NCBI GenBank assembly: GCA_017457305.1 | Contig: JAFTHP010000004.1 | Location: 1,084-65,083 of the forward strand | DNA length: 64,000 nt | Direction of reading: 5' to 3' | Origin: Clostridia bacterium | GTDB lineage: Bacteria; Bacillota; Clostridia; Christensenellales; CAG-314 | Part shown: positions 47,365 through 57,205 of the stretch, one piece after another | How positions within the stretch are numbered: position 1 is the stretch's first letter | Layout of the letters: every line of letters begins with the position of its first letter | Program-made: the position numbers and the translations under genes | The notes under the pieces: generated by a model | What the model was told of the DNA's origin: nothing | What the model saw: only the letters and a program-made list of their open reading frames with translations | Database searches by the model: none

Positions 47365-48009
47365 ATGCATAATCTTGCAGGTAAATACAAATATATCATT
47401 TTTGACTTTGACGGAACAATCAACAACACAGCGCCTGGTATCCATGCCACCTTCAAGGCGGTTTTGGACAAGTTTGGCATCAGCTACGATGGTGTAGACT
47501 TCGACAATCACATTGGCCCACCATTGGATTTTAGCTACAGCCATCTTATGGGTGACAAGTACACATTTGAGGCAATCGAAGCTCACAGACAAATCTATGC
47601 CGACACCAATGCCGCAGCAAATAGCTTTTTGTACGAAGGCATCGAAGATACTCTAATTGACCTAACCAACAAAGGTTACGTGCTAGCAGTAGCATCATCC
47701 AAGTACGAACCACACGCAATCGACTCGTTAAAGCTACTTGGCCTGTACAAGTATTTTGTGTACGTCTACGGGCAAACCGACCGCCGTGGCTACAAAAACG
47801 AAGTGCTTTGTCAACTTGTGGAGGATCACGGCTGGGATCGCAAGCAATGCTTGATGATTGGCGACACAACCTACGATATGCAGGGAGCGATAGCCAACAA
47901 CATCGACTTTTTGGCAGTAACCTACGGTTTTGGCAAGGAACAAGACCTTGTAGTAGGCAATCCCGTTGCCGTTGCGCATTGCCCCAAGGAAATTTCTCAA
48001 TTATTGTAA
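47365..48009 (+). CDS. HAD-superfamily phosphatase (phosphoglycolate phosphatase-like)
   Basis: 214 aa. Motif I FDFDGT and motif IV GDTTYD. Confidence 0.8.
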   Translation: MHNLAGKYKYIIFDFDGTINNTAPGIHATFKAVLDKFGISYDGVDFDNHIGPPLDFSYSHLMGDKYTFEAIEAHRQIYADTNAAANSFLYEGIEDTLIDLTNKGYVLAVASSKYEPHAIDSLKLLGLYKYFVYVYGQTDRRGYKNEVLCQLVEDHGWDRKQCLMIGDTTYDMQGAIANNIDFLAVTYGFGKEQDLVVGNPVAVAHCPKEISQLL

Positions 48010-48043
48010 AAAAAACTGTTTTTGTGTCTTTGCTAAAAAACAG

Positions 48044-48072
48044 TAGACAAATATATTTACTGGTTGTATAAT
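48044..48072 (+). promoter_or_regulatory. sigma-A-type promoter (ferredoxin)
   Basis: TAGACA, 17-nt spacer, TATAAT. Confidence 0.55.
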
Positions 48073-48109
48073 AAAAATACCTTAAATCAAGGTAAAGGAG
48101 ATAATTACT

Positions 48110-48280
48110 ATGGCTCACAAAATTTCATCTGATTGCATTTCTTGCGGTAGCTGCCAAAGTGTTTGTCCTTGCGACGCTATTTTCGAAGGCGACGGACAAT
48201 ACGAAATCAACGCTGATCTTTGCGTAGATTGTGGTGCATGTGCTGCACAATGCCCTGTTAACGCTATCGAAGAAGCGTAA
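48110..48280 (+). CDS. 2x[4Fe-4S] clostridial-type ferredoxin
   Basis: 56 aa, below the ORF-track cutoff: MAHKISSDCISCGSCQSVCPCDAIFEGDGQYEINADLCVDCGACAAQCPVNAIEEA. It has an AAAGGAG SD and a terminator. Confidence 0.9.
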   Translation: MAHKISSDCISCGSCQSVCPCDAIFEGDGQYEINADLCVDCGACAAQCPVNAIEEA

Positions 48281-48294
48281 ACATCAACCTTATT

Positions 48295-48329
48295 CGCCCA
48301 TGCAACCAATTTTTGCGCGGGCTTTTTTT
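48295..48329 (+). terminator. rho-independent terminator after ferredoxin
   Basis: GC-rich stem CGCCCATGC/GCGCGGGC followed by T7. Confidence 0.7.
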
Positions 48330-48606
48330 CTGCACATATGGTCAATGATGTTATAAAAACATACCTTCAACTAGCGGGTTGTTGCAGTTGCTTTAACTGT
48401 TCAATAGGCAATCAAAATGATAAATTAACTACTAACGTAGAAAAATCTTGTGGTGTTTGCGGTAGCTTGATAGTTAAAAATTTTGCAAAACCGTTTGATA
48501 ATTTGGTTAGCTGTTGTGTGCAAAACCGTCAGTTGTTGGGTAGTGCTATCAGTAACTTTATGGCAACATTTATCACAAAAAATATATGTAATACATACAA
48601 ATCACT

Positions 48607-49788
48607 ATGACAAATCTTATTTTAAAACTATTTGTAAAAAATCACACCGATACAAAAAACGCCAAAGTTCGCGAGCAGGTAGGCAAGGTGGCAAGCGTTG
48701 TTGGCATTGTTGTCAACTTGGTGCTTTCCCTGTGCAAAATTGCTGTAGGAACGTTGTTTGGGCTAATCTCCGTTATGGCAGACGGTTTCAACAATTTGAC
48801 AGACTGCGGCAGTAATATAGTATCACTAATAAGCTTTAAGCTCGCTTCTCGTCCTGCAGACAAGGAACATCCCTATGGTCACGCACGTATCGAATACGTT
48901 GCCAGTATGATTGTTGGCTTTATTGTTATGTTGCTTGCCTTTGAGCTTGGCATGGAAAGTGTCAACAAAATTGTAGACCTAGTAAACGGCAACAGCACAC
49001 AAGTTACCTTCGAAGTTATCACAGTAGTTGTGCTGGGTATTTCCATTTTGGGCAAGCTGTGGTTCTACTTTTTCAACAGCAAGCTAGCTAAGACCTACAA
49101 TGCAGAACTGCTAAAAGCCACCGCTTCCGATAGCCTATCGGACGTGTTTGCAACAACAGCGGTATTGGTGTCTGTTGTAATCAGCCCAATTACTGGATTC
49201 AATACCGACGGAATCATGGGTATTGTTGTAGCGGTGCTAATTGCCATTGCCGGTGTGGGAATTTTGCGTGATACCCTGAATCACTTGCTTGGTGCTAGCC
49301 CTACCGAAGAACTTATCAAGAGCATTGAAGAACGCATCCGTTGCTTTGATGGTGTGCTTGGTATCCACGACCTTCACGTACACAACTATGGCCCAAACAA
49401 ATTCTACGCTAGCGTACACGTAGAAGTGGATAGCGCCGTTGACGTTATGGAAAGCCACGATATGATTGACGAAATCGAGCGCGACTTTGCCAACAACACC
49501 GACATTATGCTTGTTATCCACCTTGATCCAATTGTAATTGGCGATCCCGAACTAGATACCTACCGCCAAGAAATTTTGGCCATTGTGCAACAGCTAGACA
49601 AAGCATTTGATATCCACGACTTCCGTATGGTCAAGGGGCCAACCCACACAAACCTTATTTTTGACGTGGCAGTTAGCTACGACACAAAGCTTACTTCCAC
49701 CCAAATTGTGGAGCATATTCAACAACAAATATCTTTGGAACACCCAAACGTTTACGTTGTTCCCACCGTGGAAAGGAAGTTGAGCTAG
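48607..49788 (+). CDS. cation diffusion facilitator (CDF) family transporter
   Basis: 393 aa. It has 6 TM helices, the motifs DGFNNLTD and HPYGHARIE, and a C-terminal cytoplasmic domain. Confidence 0.85.
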   Translation: MTNLILKLFVKNHTDTKNAKVREQVGKVASVVGIVVNLVLSLCKIAVGTLFGLISVMADGFNNLTDCGSNIVSLISFKLASRPADKEHPYGHARIEYVASMIVGFIVMLLAFELGMESVNKIVDLVNGNSTQVTFEVITVVVLGISILGKLWFYFFNSKLAKTYNAELLKATASDSLSDVFATTAVLVSVVISPITGFNTDGIMGIVVAVLIAIAGVGILRDTLNHLLGASPTEELIKSIEERIRCFDGVLGIHDLHVHNYGPNKFYASVHVEVDSAVDVMESHDMIDEIERDFANNTDIMLVIHLDPIVIGDPELDTYRQEILAIVQQLDKAFDIHDFRMVKGPTHTNLIFDVAVSYDTKLTSTQIVEHIQQQISLEHPNVYVVPTVERKLS

Positions 49789-49897
49789 TTTTTGTAGTTA
49801 TCAAGCATAACGATCTTTTGAACTGCTTTTTTGATTGTGAAAAAAAAGACACCGCTGTTTAGCAACGTTTGTTTCAGTCAAATACTATTGTTACAAG

Positions 49898-49926
49898 GAG
49901 CATTTTTTTATAAATGCTCTTTTTTA
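49898..49926 (+). terminator. rho-independent terminator
   Basis: GAGCATTT-loop-AAATGCTC followed by a T-run. Confidence 0.65.
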
Positions 49927-50009
49927 TTGGGTACATTTTTCCCAAGTGCCTTGACCGAGCTAGTGGATATGTGCTACAATACTACCATTAACCAAAGGAC
50001 GTATTACAA

Positions 50010-50840
50010 ATGAGCAAAGCAGATGTAATTTTCACAAGCAATATGAGGCAAATCATCGACAGCGGTGTGGATGACACGGATATGCAAGTTCGCCCCCATT
50101 GGGCAGACGGCACCCCAGCGCACACACGCAAGAGTTTTTGCATTGTCAACCGCTACGATTTGTCCAAGGAGTTCCCCATCATCACCTTGCGTAGAACTGC
50201 CTTCAAGTCTGCTGTGGACGAGCTGTTGTGGATTTGGCAAAAAAAGAGCAACAACATCCACGACCTAAAAAGTCATATTTGGGATAGTTGGGCGGATGAA
50301 ACAGGCAGTATTGGCAAGGCATACGGATATCAACTGGGTGTCAAGCACAAGTACAAGGAAGGGGAGTTTGACCAAGTGGACCGTGTGTTGTACGACCTCA
50401 AGCACAACCCAGCCAGCCGTCGAATCATCACAAATATCTACGTGCATCAGGACTTGCACGAAATGAACCTTTACCCCTGTGCCTATTCGGTAACCTTTAA
50501 CGTGTGCGACGGCAAGCTAAATGCAATCCTCAACCAACGCTCCAACGATATGGCCGTTGCCAACAACTGGAACGTGGTGCAGTACGCTGTACTGGTGCAT
50601 ATGTTTGCCCAAGTTAGCGGACTTCAAGTTGGCGAGCTTGTTCACGTAATTGCCGATGCGCATTTGTACGACAGGCACATTCCACAAGTGGAACGTATGC
50701 TAACAGGCTCGTCGCACCCAGCGCCCAAGTTCCACATCAACAAGGATATCACCGACTTCTACAGCTTTACTGTGGATGACGTGTGGCTAGAAGATTACCA
50801 GTTTGAGCCATTTGCCGAACGCTTTGAAGTGGCTATTTAA
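50010..50840 (+). CDS. thyA: thymidylate synthase
   Basis: 276 aa. The active-site context LYPCAYS is present, as is the RSNDM motif. Confidence 0.9.
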   Translation: MSKADVIFTSNMRQIIDSGVDDTDMQVRPHWADGTPAHTRKSFCIVNRYDLSKEFPIITLRRTAFKSAVDELLWIWQKKSNNIHDLKSHIWDSWADETGSIGKAYGYQLGVKHKYKEGEFDQVDRVLYDLKHNPASRRIITNIYVHQDLHEMNLYPCAYSVTFNVCDGKLNAILNQRSNDMAVANNWNVVQYAVLVHMFAQVSGLQVGELVHVIADAHLYDRHIPQVERMLTGSSHPAPKFHINKDITDFYSFTVDDVWLEDYQFEPFAERFEVAI

Positions 50841-50855
50841 CAAAGGAGATAACTG

Positions 50856-51368
50856 ATGAACCTAATTGTAGCAGTAGACAATCGTTGGGGCATTGGCAAA
50901 AACAACAATTTGCTTTTCCGCCTACCCAAGGATATGGCGTTTTTCCGTCAAACAACCACTGGCAAGGTGGTAGTTATGGGTGCAAACACCTTTTTGAGTT
51001 TACCAAAGGGCGCATTGCCTAACAGAACAACTATTGTGCTAGATAACAGCGGTGCAACACATAGCGGAACAACTACTGTTAGCTCGGTGGAAGAACTTTT
51101 CCAACAGCTTGCCAACTACAACACCGACGACGTGTACGTTTGCGGTGGAGCAATGGTGTACAAACTGTTGTTGCCCTATTGCGCCAAGGCACTCATCACC
51201 AAGGTGCAAGCCGATGGCCAAGCACAGGTATTTGCCCCCAACTTGGACGAGGACAGCAACTGGCAACTGGTTGAATCTTCCGAGCAAATTGAAGACGGCC
51301 AGTACAAGATTGTCTTTTGCACCTACGTCAACAAACAAATTTTGAATTGTGTTTGTGTACACAAGTAA
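50856..51368 (+). CDS. folA: dihydrofolate reductase
   Basis: 170 aa. N-terminal MNLIVAVDNRWGIGKNNNLLFRLPKDMAFF. It follows thyA directly. Confidence 0.9.
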   Translation: MNLIVAVDNRWGIGKNNNLLFRLPKDMAFFRQTTTGKVVVMGANTFLSLPKGALPNRTTIVLDNSGATHSGTTTVSSVEELFQQLANYNTDDVYVCGGAMVYKLLLPYCAKALITKVQADGQAQVFAPNLDEDSNWQLVESSEQIEDGQYKIVFCTYVNKQILNCVCVHK

Positions 51369-51415
51369 CAACTCAATTGTGTATAAGTTTAGATGGTAGG
51401 CATATCACATCTAAT

Positions 51416-51445
51416 GAGTTCAGAGAATAATCTGGGCTCTTTTTA
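51416..51445 (+). terminator. rho-independent terminator after folA
   Basis: GAGTTCAGA/TCTGGGCTC stem (two G-U pairs) followed by T5. Confidence 0.6.
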
Positions 51446-51481
51446 TTTTGTTATTTTGTGTGGTAACAATAATTACTTAAC

Positions 51482-51526
51482 AAAAAAAGAGATAATATTT
51501 CGGCTATATACCGAATTATTATCTCT
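51482..51526 (-). terminator. 16-bp-stem hairpin with flanking A7 run (minus-strand terminator candidate)
   Basis: AGAGATAATATTTCGG-CTATATA-CCGAATTATTATCTCT with one mismatch. The T-run lies on the minus strand. Confidence 0.5.
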
Positions 51527-51787
51527 TATATCGTTATAACAATCTGTTTTGCAGAATTTTTTTGATGAGATCACAAAAAAGGTTAGGATTAGTTTGTGTT
51601 GTAGACGAGCTGTCAATTGTAATGCTACCACTTGGTGAACTTTTCAAATATCCCGCCGACAAAACTGTTTTTAGTTAATTGGATTTTGCTAATGGTATGA
51701 TGAAAGTTTGTACGCTTTTTCTTACATATTGTAGTAAGAACCGATAAGCCACATATCAATTAGGTGTTGTTCTAATGTGTTTGCATT

Positions 51788-52564
51788 TTAAAGATAGCTT
51801 ACTGCTAAAATTACTATGCTTGTTGCAATCATAACAATTCCAACTACTCTATTTAACACTTTTGTATTGGATTTGTTGGCTATTTTTGCAGCAATTCTTG
51901 CCCAAATTAATGTAAAAGCTACACACAGTACAAGGGAAAGAGTATCGGGAAAGCCTCCAATTATAAAGTGGCTAATTCCCCCTGTAAGAGCAGTAAAAGT
52001 CATGATAAACACGCTTGTTCCTACAGCCATATGCATAGGGTATCCCAGGAAAGATGACAAAACAAGCAGTAGCATCATTCCTCCGCCTGCGCCTGCAAAT
52101 CCACAAATAAAGCCAATCAATATGCCACCAATTATTGCTTTTACAAATCTATTTTTTGGGGAGGTTTTGTTCAATTGCTCTTTGGTTGTAGTTACTGGTT
52201 TTAACAAAAAGCGTAGGCCTATAATAATCAAAGCAATTTGCATTGTACCGTTCATTGCTCTATCTGGAAGAAGGCTTGCTACAAAACTACCAATGGTTGT
52301 TACAACAAGGACACTTATTAGGAGTGGTAGGCTTCCTTTAACGTCAAGATTTCCACTTTTTTTGTAGGTGTATGCGCTGATGGCACTTGCCAAAACGTCG
52401 CTGATTAGACCTATTCCTACCGCATCATATGCAGGTATTCCTAAAAAGGTTGTCAGCATTGGTCCTATTATTGCGGCGGCGCTCATACCGGCAAAGCCTG
52501 TTCCTATGCCTGCTCCCGCGCCAGCAATAAAGCATACTAGTATTTTTATCAAAGTATCGCCCAC
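51788..52564 (-). CDS. TauE/SafE-family anion exporter-like membrane protein
   Basis: 258 aa from GTG 52564. The ORF-track TTG 52630 is the alternative start. Gly-rich TM repeats GAGAGIGTGFAGMSAA and GFAGAGGGMM. Confidence 0.75.
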   Translation of the reverse strand: MGDTLIKILVCFIAGAGAGIGTGFAGMSAAAIIGPMLTTFLGIPAYDAVGIGLISDVLASAISAYTYKKSGNLDVKGSLPLLISVLVVTTIGSFVASLLPDRAMNGTMQIALIIIGLRFLLKPVTTTKEQLNKTSPKNRFVKAIIGGILIGFICGFAGAGGGMMLLLVLSSFLGYPMHMAVGTSVFIMTFTALTGGISHFIIGGFPDTLSLVLCVAFTLIWARIAAKIANKSNTKVLNRVVGIVMIATSIVILAVSYL

Positions 52565-52848
52565 TGTACAAATCCGCCTTTTTGGTAAATGTGATAATAT
52601 AATTATAACAAATAAATATTTAAACTTCAACTCATTTTATAGATAAACCGGGCGTATGTGTATGTTTTGGCGTAACATAACTACTAAAAAGGTAGTGTAC
52701 ATAAGGATTGTGAGGGGTAAAGCTGATGTCCTTTGCTAATATGCTATTAATTAAACTGATAGTCAATTTGGATATTGTTTTTAGTTTACTTATGCTGGTA
52801 AGTGTGCTACAATTACATAGTTTTTGAAATCAAAAGAGGTAACCAAAA

Positions 52849-54354
52849 TTGAGTGAAGTTTCTTTACAATCAGATAAAATGCGAAATCGAAGCATAGGCA
52901 AGCTGCTTATGGAAATGAGCTTGCCAGCAATATTCTCCATGTTGGTGCAATCGTTGTACAACATTGTCGACTCGCTATTTGTAACCAATATGACCTCCAA
53001 CATTTTTGGACAGTACAACGGCACAAACCTTGGTGGAGACTCCTTCAACGCAGTTAGTATTGTGTTTCCGCTTACCACATTTGTTGTTGCAATAGCCATT
53101 GGTATTGGCGTTGGTGCAAATGCCTACATTGCACGTAAGCTTGGCGAAGGCAATCGTGAAAAGGCCAACCAAGCAGCCAAAACGTCCATTGTTATGGCGG
53201 CTGTTGCTTGGGTAGTACTTGTAATTTTGGCGTTGACAGTAGCCAAACCATTTGTATCTTTCTTTGTTACAGATAACTGTACCGATCCAGCCTACGTTAT
53301 TCAACAAAGCACTTGGTACATCCAAATCTATATGATTGGAAGCATTGGTTTGCTTGTAGAAATTGTGTGCAATCGCATATTGCAAGCAACAGGAAATATG
53401 CGTGTTCCAATGATTAGTCAGCTAATTGGTGCGTTAACCAACATTGCTTTGGACTGGTTGTTTATCAGCATTTTTAGCTGGGGCGTAATTGGTGCAATTG
53501 TTGCCACTGTTGTTGGACAATGGTGCGCATGTACTTTCACATTGATCAACTTTTTCAGATCCAAGCAGGACGTTAGTATATCACTAAAAGGCTTTAAGCC
53601 CAGTAGTGAGTACTTTAAACGCATTTTGCGTGCAGGTTTGCCAGCATTTGTAATGAACGCAGTTGGTGCTGTTATCACCATCATTATGAACACAATGCTC
53701 AAGGAATACGCCAACGGAATTCAAGTTCTATCCGCCTATTTCAAGGTTCAATCATTTGTGTTTATGCCAGTATTTGGATTGATGCAAGGCACAATGCCAA
53801 TACTCAGCTACAACTACGGTGCAAATCAAAAACCACGCTTCAACCAAACATTTAAGCTTGCTTTGTCCATTGCGTGCGGAGTTATGATTTTTGGTACGTT
53901 ACTGTTCCAAATCTTCCCCGAAGCATTGATGTCAATATTCAAGAGCAAGGCACTTTCTGGCAATATGACTCAGGCTGATTTGGATGCCTACAACGCTTTG
54001 TTCATCAAGGAAGGCGCTTACGCCTACAGAGTAATTTCTATTGCTTTTATCCCTGCAGCATTTTCCATCCTTATCATCAATATGTTGCAAAGCATCAACA
54101 GACCAACTTCCAGTTTGTTTATGAGCTTGTCCAGACAACTGCTGTTCTTGATTCCCTCTGCAATTCTATTCAACCACTTATGGCAACAAGATGGCATTTG
54201 GTTTGCTTATCCATTTGCCGAAGTAATGTCCTTGATTGTGTACACACCAACTGCTATCAAGAACTACCGCAAGCAATTTGCTTACAAGGAAAATCAATAT
54301 CGCACCAAGCAACTTGGTAACCATCAAGTAGAAGTGGAGCAACCACAACAATAA
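52849..54354 (+). CDS. MATE-family efflux transporter
   Basis: 501 aa. TTG start after an AAGAGG SD. N-terminal GKLLMEMSLPAIFSMLVQSLYNIVDS and 12 TM helices. Confidence 0.85.
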   Translation: MSEVSLQSDKMRNRSIGKLLMEMSLPAIFSMLVQSLYNIVDSLFVTNMTSNIFGQYNGTNLGGDSFNAVSIVFPLTTFVVAIAIGIGVGANAYIARKLGEGNREKANQAAKTSIVMAAVAWVVLVILALTVAKPFVSFFVTDNCTDPAYVIQQSTWYIQIYMIGSIGLLVEIVCNRILQATGNMRVPMISQLIGALTNIALDWLFISIFSWGVIGAIVATVVGQWCACTFTLINFFRSKQDVSISLKGFKPSSEYFKRILRAGLPAFVMNAVGAVITIIMNTMLKEYANGIQVLSAYFKVQSFVFMPVFGLMQGTMPILSYNYGANQKPRFNQTFKLALSIACGVMIFGTLLFQIFPEALMSIFKSKALSGNMTQADLDAYNALFIKEGAYAYRVISIAFIPAAFSILIINMLQSINRPTSSLFMSLSRQLLFLIPSAILFNHLWQQDGIWFAYPFAEVMSLIVYTPTAIKNYRKQFAYKENQYRTKQLGNHQVEVEQPQQ

Positions 54355-54564
54355 CATAACTTACCCCAAAAGGGTAAGCTTGCCCATCGAGTAAATATAC
54401 CTGGTTAGTTTTGCTAAACGCTAGCAAACTTCCAGTATGTTTGCTCTTTTTTTTTGCTTTTTTGCTAAACACTATCAAGCAATTAACCCGATAGTATAAA
54501 TACCTTACTATGTTGTAGGCAATAAAAGGACAGCTTGTACATATATTATTGTGATTACAACTGT

Positions 54565-57084
54565 ATGGGGGATTGTATATTGGAAAAACGGTTTTTATCC
54601 CAATCGTTAACTACCGAACAGGCAGTAAAATTGCTTGAACAAAATGGAGCAAACGTAACACCTAAAGGACGCAAAAAGACCTTTGTTCACAAGTTTTTTA
54701 GTCAGTTTGCCGACTTGATGATAGTAATACTGCTCATTGCTGCGGCATTGTCCTTTTTTGTGGCAATACGTAGCGGTCAACAAAGTGAGCTTGTAGAGCC
54801 CATCGTGATATTGGTAATTGTAGTTTCCAATGCGCTGTTAGGTGCCTTTCAGGAGTATCGTGCGGAAAAGTCGTTGGATGCTTTGCAAAAGCTATCCATG
54901 CCCAAAACTAAGGTAGTAAGAAATGGCCAAGTGGTCGTGGTGGATAGTGACAGCATTGTTTGTACTGATATATGCTTGTTCAACTGTGGTGACGTTGTTA
55001 CGGCAGATTGCAAGCTGTTAGATGCTGAAAGCTTGTTTGTAGATCAATCGGCGCTAACGGGCGAAAGCCTACCTGTAGAAAAAAGTTTACTTGATAAAAC
55101 CGTAAAGGATGGCAACACAATTTACAGCGGAAGCTTTGTAACAAAGGGCAAGTGTGTTGCCAAGGTAATTGCAACGGGCGCAAACACCGAACTGGGTAAA
55201 ATTGCCAGCATTTTGCAAAGCGGAAAAACCGTGCTAACACCCTTGCAAAAAAAGCTAAAACAGCTATCTAGCACTATAGGAATTGTTTGCGTGGTGGTGT
55301 GTGTTGCGGTGTTTGTTTTGGGGCTTGTCAAGGGCATACGCAACATGTCGCAATCAGACAGCCTAACCCAAGTATTTGTAGACGTTTTTCTAACGTCGGT
55401 ATCATTGGCAGTTGCCGCTATCCCCGAAGGGCTACCTGCCGTAGTTACTGTTGTGCTTGCTAACGGCATACAAAAGATGGCAAGCAAAAACGCCATTGTC
55501 AAACGGCTTACAGCAGTTGATTCACTAGGCTGTGCCACGGTCATTTGCTCGGACAAGACTGGCACGATAACGCAAAACAAAATGACTTTAACCGCTGTAT
55601 ATGATGGCTTTAACACTTTTACTGGCACAAAACTGTTGCAAGCAAGCACCCCTATTAGTCAGTACTGTTGGTGCTGTGACGTGTCCGTTAGTGGTAACAA
55701 CTACATTGGGGATCCCACCGAAGTTGCCGTGTACAGCATTGCCAAAAACCTTGCACAACCACAGCGTGTTTTTGCTATACCATTTGACTCTACTCGCAAA
55801 TTGATGACGGTTGTTGTCAAGGATAAGGATTGTCTTTTTGCCGTTACCAAGGGCAGTTTGGAAAGTATGAAAAAGGCTAGTAACTACGCAAAATTTACTG
55901 CAAAAGCCAATCAGTTTGCTTCCAAGGGATACAGGGTTTTGGCTCTTTCCGTTGTCAAGGTAGGCAATGATTTTTCTCGTTCTACAAAGTTGGAAAACAA
56001 CCTCAACATTGTTGCCCTTTTTGCATTAGTTGATCCGCCCAAACAAGGGGTTTTGCAATCGGTCAATTTGTGCAAGTCAGCAGGGATTAGGCCAGTTATA
56101 CTAACGGGAGATAACCTACTTACCGCCAAGGAAATTGCCAGTCAGGTAGGTATCTACACCGAAGGAAGCTTGGCTATTGACGGGGATACTCTTCGCAGTT
56201 ACACCAAGGATGAACTGGCAACAAAAGTGGGGCAAATATCGGTGTTTGCACGTGTCACTCCGCAAGACAAGTTGACCATTGTGTCAGCTTTGCAAGCGCA
56301 AGGACAGGTGGTGGCAATGACGGGGGACGGAGTAAACGATGCTCCTGCACTCAAATGGGCGGATATTGGTTGCGCAATGGGTAGTGGTACAGAAGTTGCC
56401 AAGGATGCTTCCGACATTGTGCTTGCCGACGACAACTTTTGTACCATTGTGGATGCCGTATCCGTTGGACGAACCACCTTTGACAATATCAAAAAATCCA
56501 TTTTGTACCTAGTAACCTGCAACATTGGCGAAGTGCTGTGTGTTTTTTTGGCGCTGTTGTTGTTCAACGTGTCACCCCTTTCGGCAATGCAACTGTTGTG
56601 GATAAACCTTGCTACCGACGGTCTACCGGCATTGGCACTAGGCACATACAAGGCGGAAACGGACGTTATGAATCGACCACCATTGTCGCAAAAGCAAGGT
56701 TTTTTGAGCAAGGATACCTTCAAAATGGTGGTGTGCGGTTTTTGCTTTGGATTGGCTTCGCTGTGTGGTTATGCTATTGGCAACACAATTAGTCCCCAAG
56801 CAGGTAGCACAATGGCATTTTTGGTTTTGTCCCTTTCCCAACTGATATTTGCCTTGCAAAAGCGTTCTAGCGATGGATTGTTTTCTTGCGGAATCACAAA
56901 ATTGATGCTTGGTTGCTTTTGCCTTTCCGTTGCGTTGACCTTTGTTGTATGTCTTGTTCCGTTGTTTCAACAGCTATTTGGACTGTGCACTTTGACCGTT
57001 GGCGGATATTTGTTGAGCCTTGTGTTGGCTTTGGTGCCCAGTTTGGTGGCGGAATTGTTCCCAAAAGTGGCAAAAAATAGCTAA
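54565..57084 (+). CDS. P-type cation-transporting ATPase (Ca2+-ATPase-like, P2 type)
   Basis: Phosphorylation motif CSDKTGTITQNKM, plus TGES and MTGDGVNDAPAL. The start is uncertain: ATG 54565 or TTG 54580 after GGGGGA. Confidence 0.85.
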   Translation: MGDCILEKRFLSQSLTTEQAVKLLEQNGANVTPKGRKKTFVHKFFSQFADLMIVILLIAAALSFFVAIRSGQQSELVEPIVILVIVVSNALLGAFQEYRAEKSLDALQKLSMPKTKVVRNGQVVVVDSDSIVCTDICLFNCGDVVTADCKLLDAESLFVDQSALTGESLPVEKSLLDKTVKDGNTIYSGSFVTKGKCVAKVIATGANTELGKIASILQSGKTVLTPLQKKLKQLSSTIGIVCVVVCVAVFVLGLVKGIRNMSQSDSLTQVFVDVFLTSVSLAVAAIPEGLPAVVTVVLANGIQKMASKNAIVKRLTAVDSLGCATVICSDKTGTITQNKMTLTAVYDGFNTFTGTKLLQASTPISQYCWCCDVSVSGNNYIGDPTEVAVYSIAKNLAQPQRVFAIPFDSTRKLMTVVVKDKDCLFAVTKGSLESMKKASNYAKFTAKANQFASKGYRVLALSVVKVGNDFSRSTKLENNLNIVALFALVDPPKQGVLQSVNLCKSAGIRPVILTGDNLLTAKEIASQVGIYTEGSLAIDGDTLRSYTKDELATKVGQISVFARVTPQDKLTIVSALQAQGQVVAMTGDGVNDAPALKWADIGCAMGSGTEVAKDASDIVLADDNFCTIVDAVSVGRTTFDNIKKSILYLVTCNIGEVLCVFLALLLFNVSPLSAMQLLWINLATDGLPALALGTYKAETDVMNRPPLSQKQGFLSKDTFKMVVCGFCFGLASLCGYAIGNTISPQAGSTMAFLVLSLSQLIFALQKRSSDGLFSCGITKLMLGCFCLSVALTFVVCLVPLFQQLFGLCTLTVGGYLLSLVLALVPSLVAELFPKVAKNS

Positions 57085-57140
57085 AATTGGTGCAAAACAA
57101 CAAAAGATTGAATATCTGTGGTATAAATATTCGTAATCTC

Positions 57141-57169
57141 TTGAAAAAGTTTTTGTTTTTTGATACAAT
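57141..57169 (+). promoter_or_regulatory. sigma-A-type promoter with extended -10 (clpC)
   Basis: TTGAAA, 17-nt spacer, TGaTACAAT. Confidence 0.65.
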
Positions 57170-57205
57170 ACTTTTTAAGAATAATTAACTATAGGAAGGT
57201 CACAG

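Noticed and set aside
48115-48345. 76-aa minus-strand ORF.
   Set aside because: It is antisense to a textbook ferredoxin gene that has its own SD, promoter and terminator, so it is a shadow ORF.
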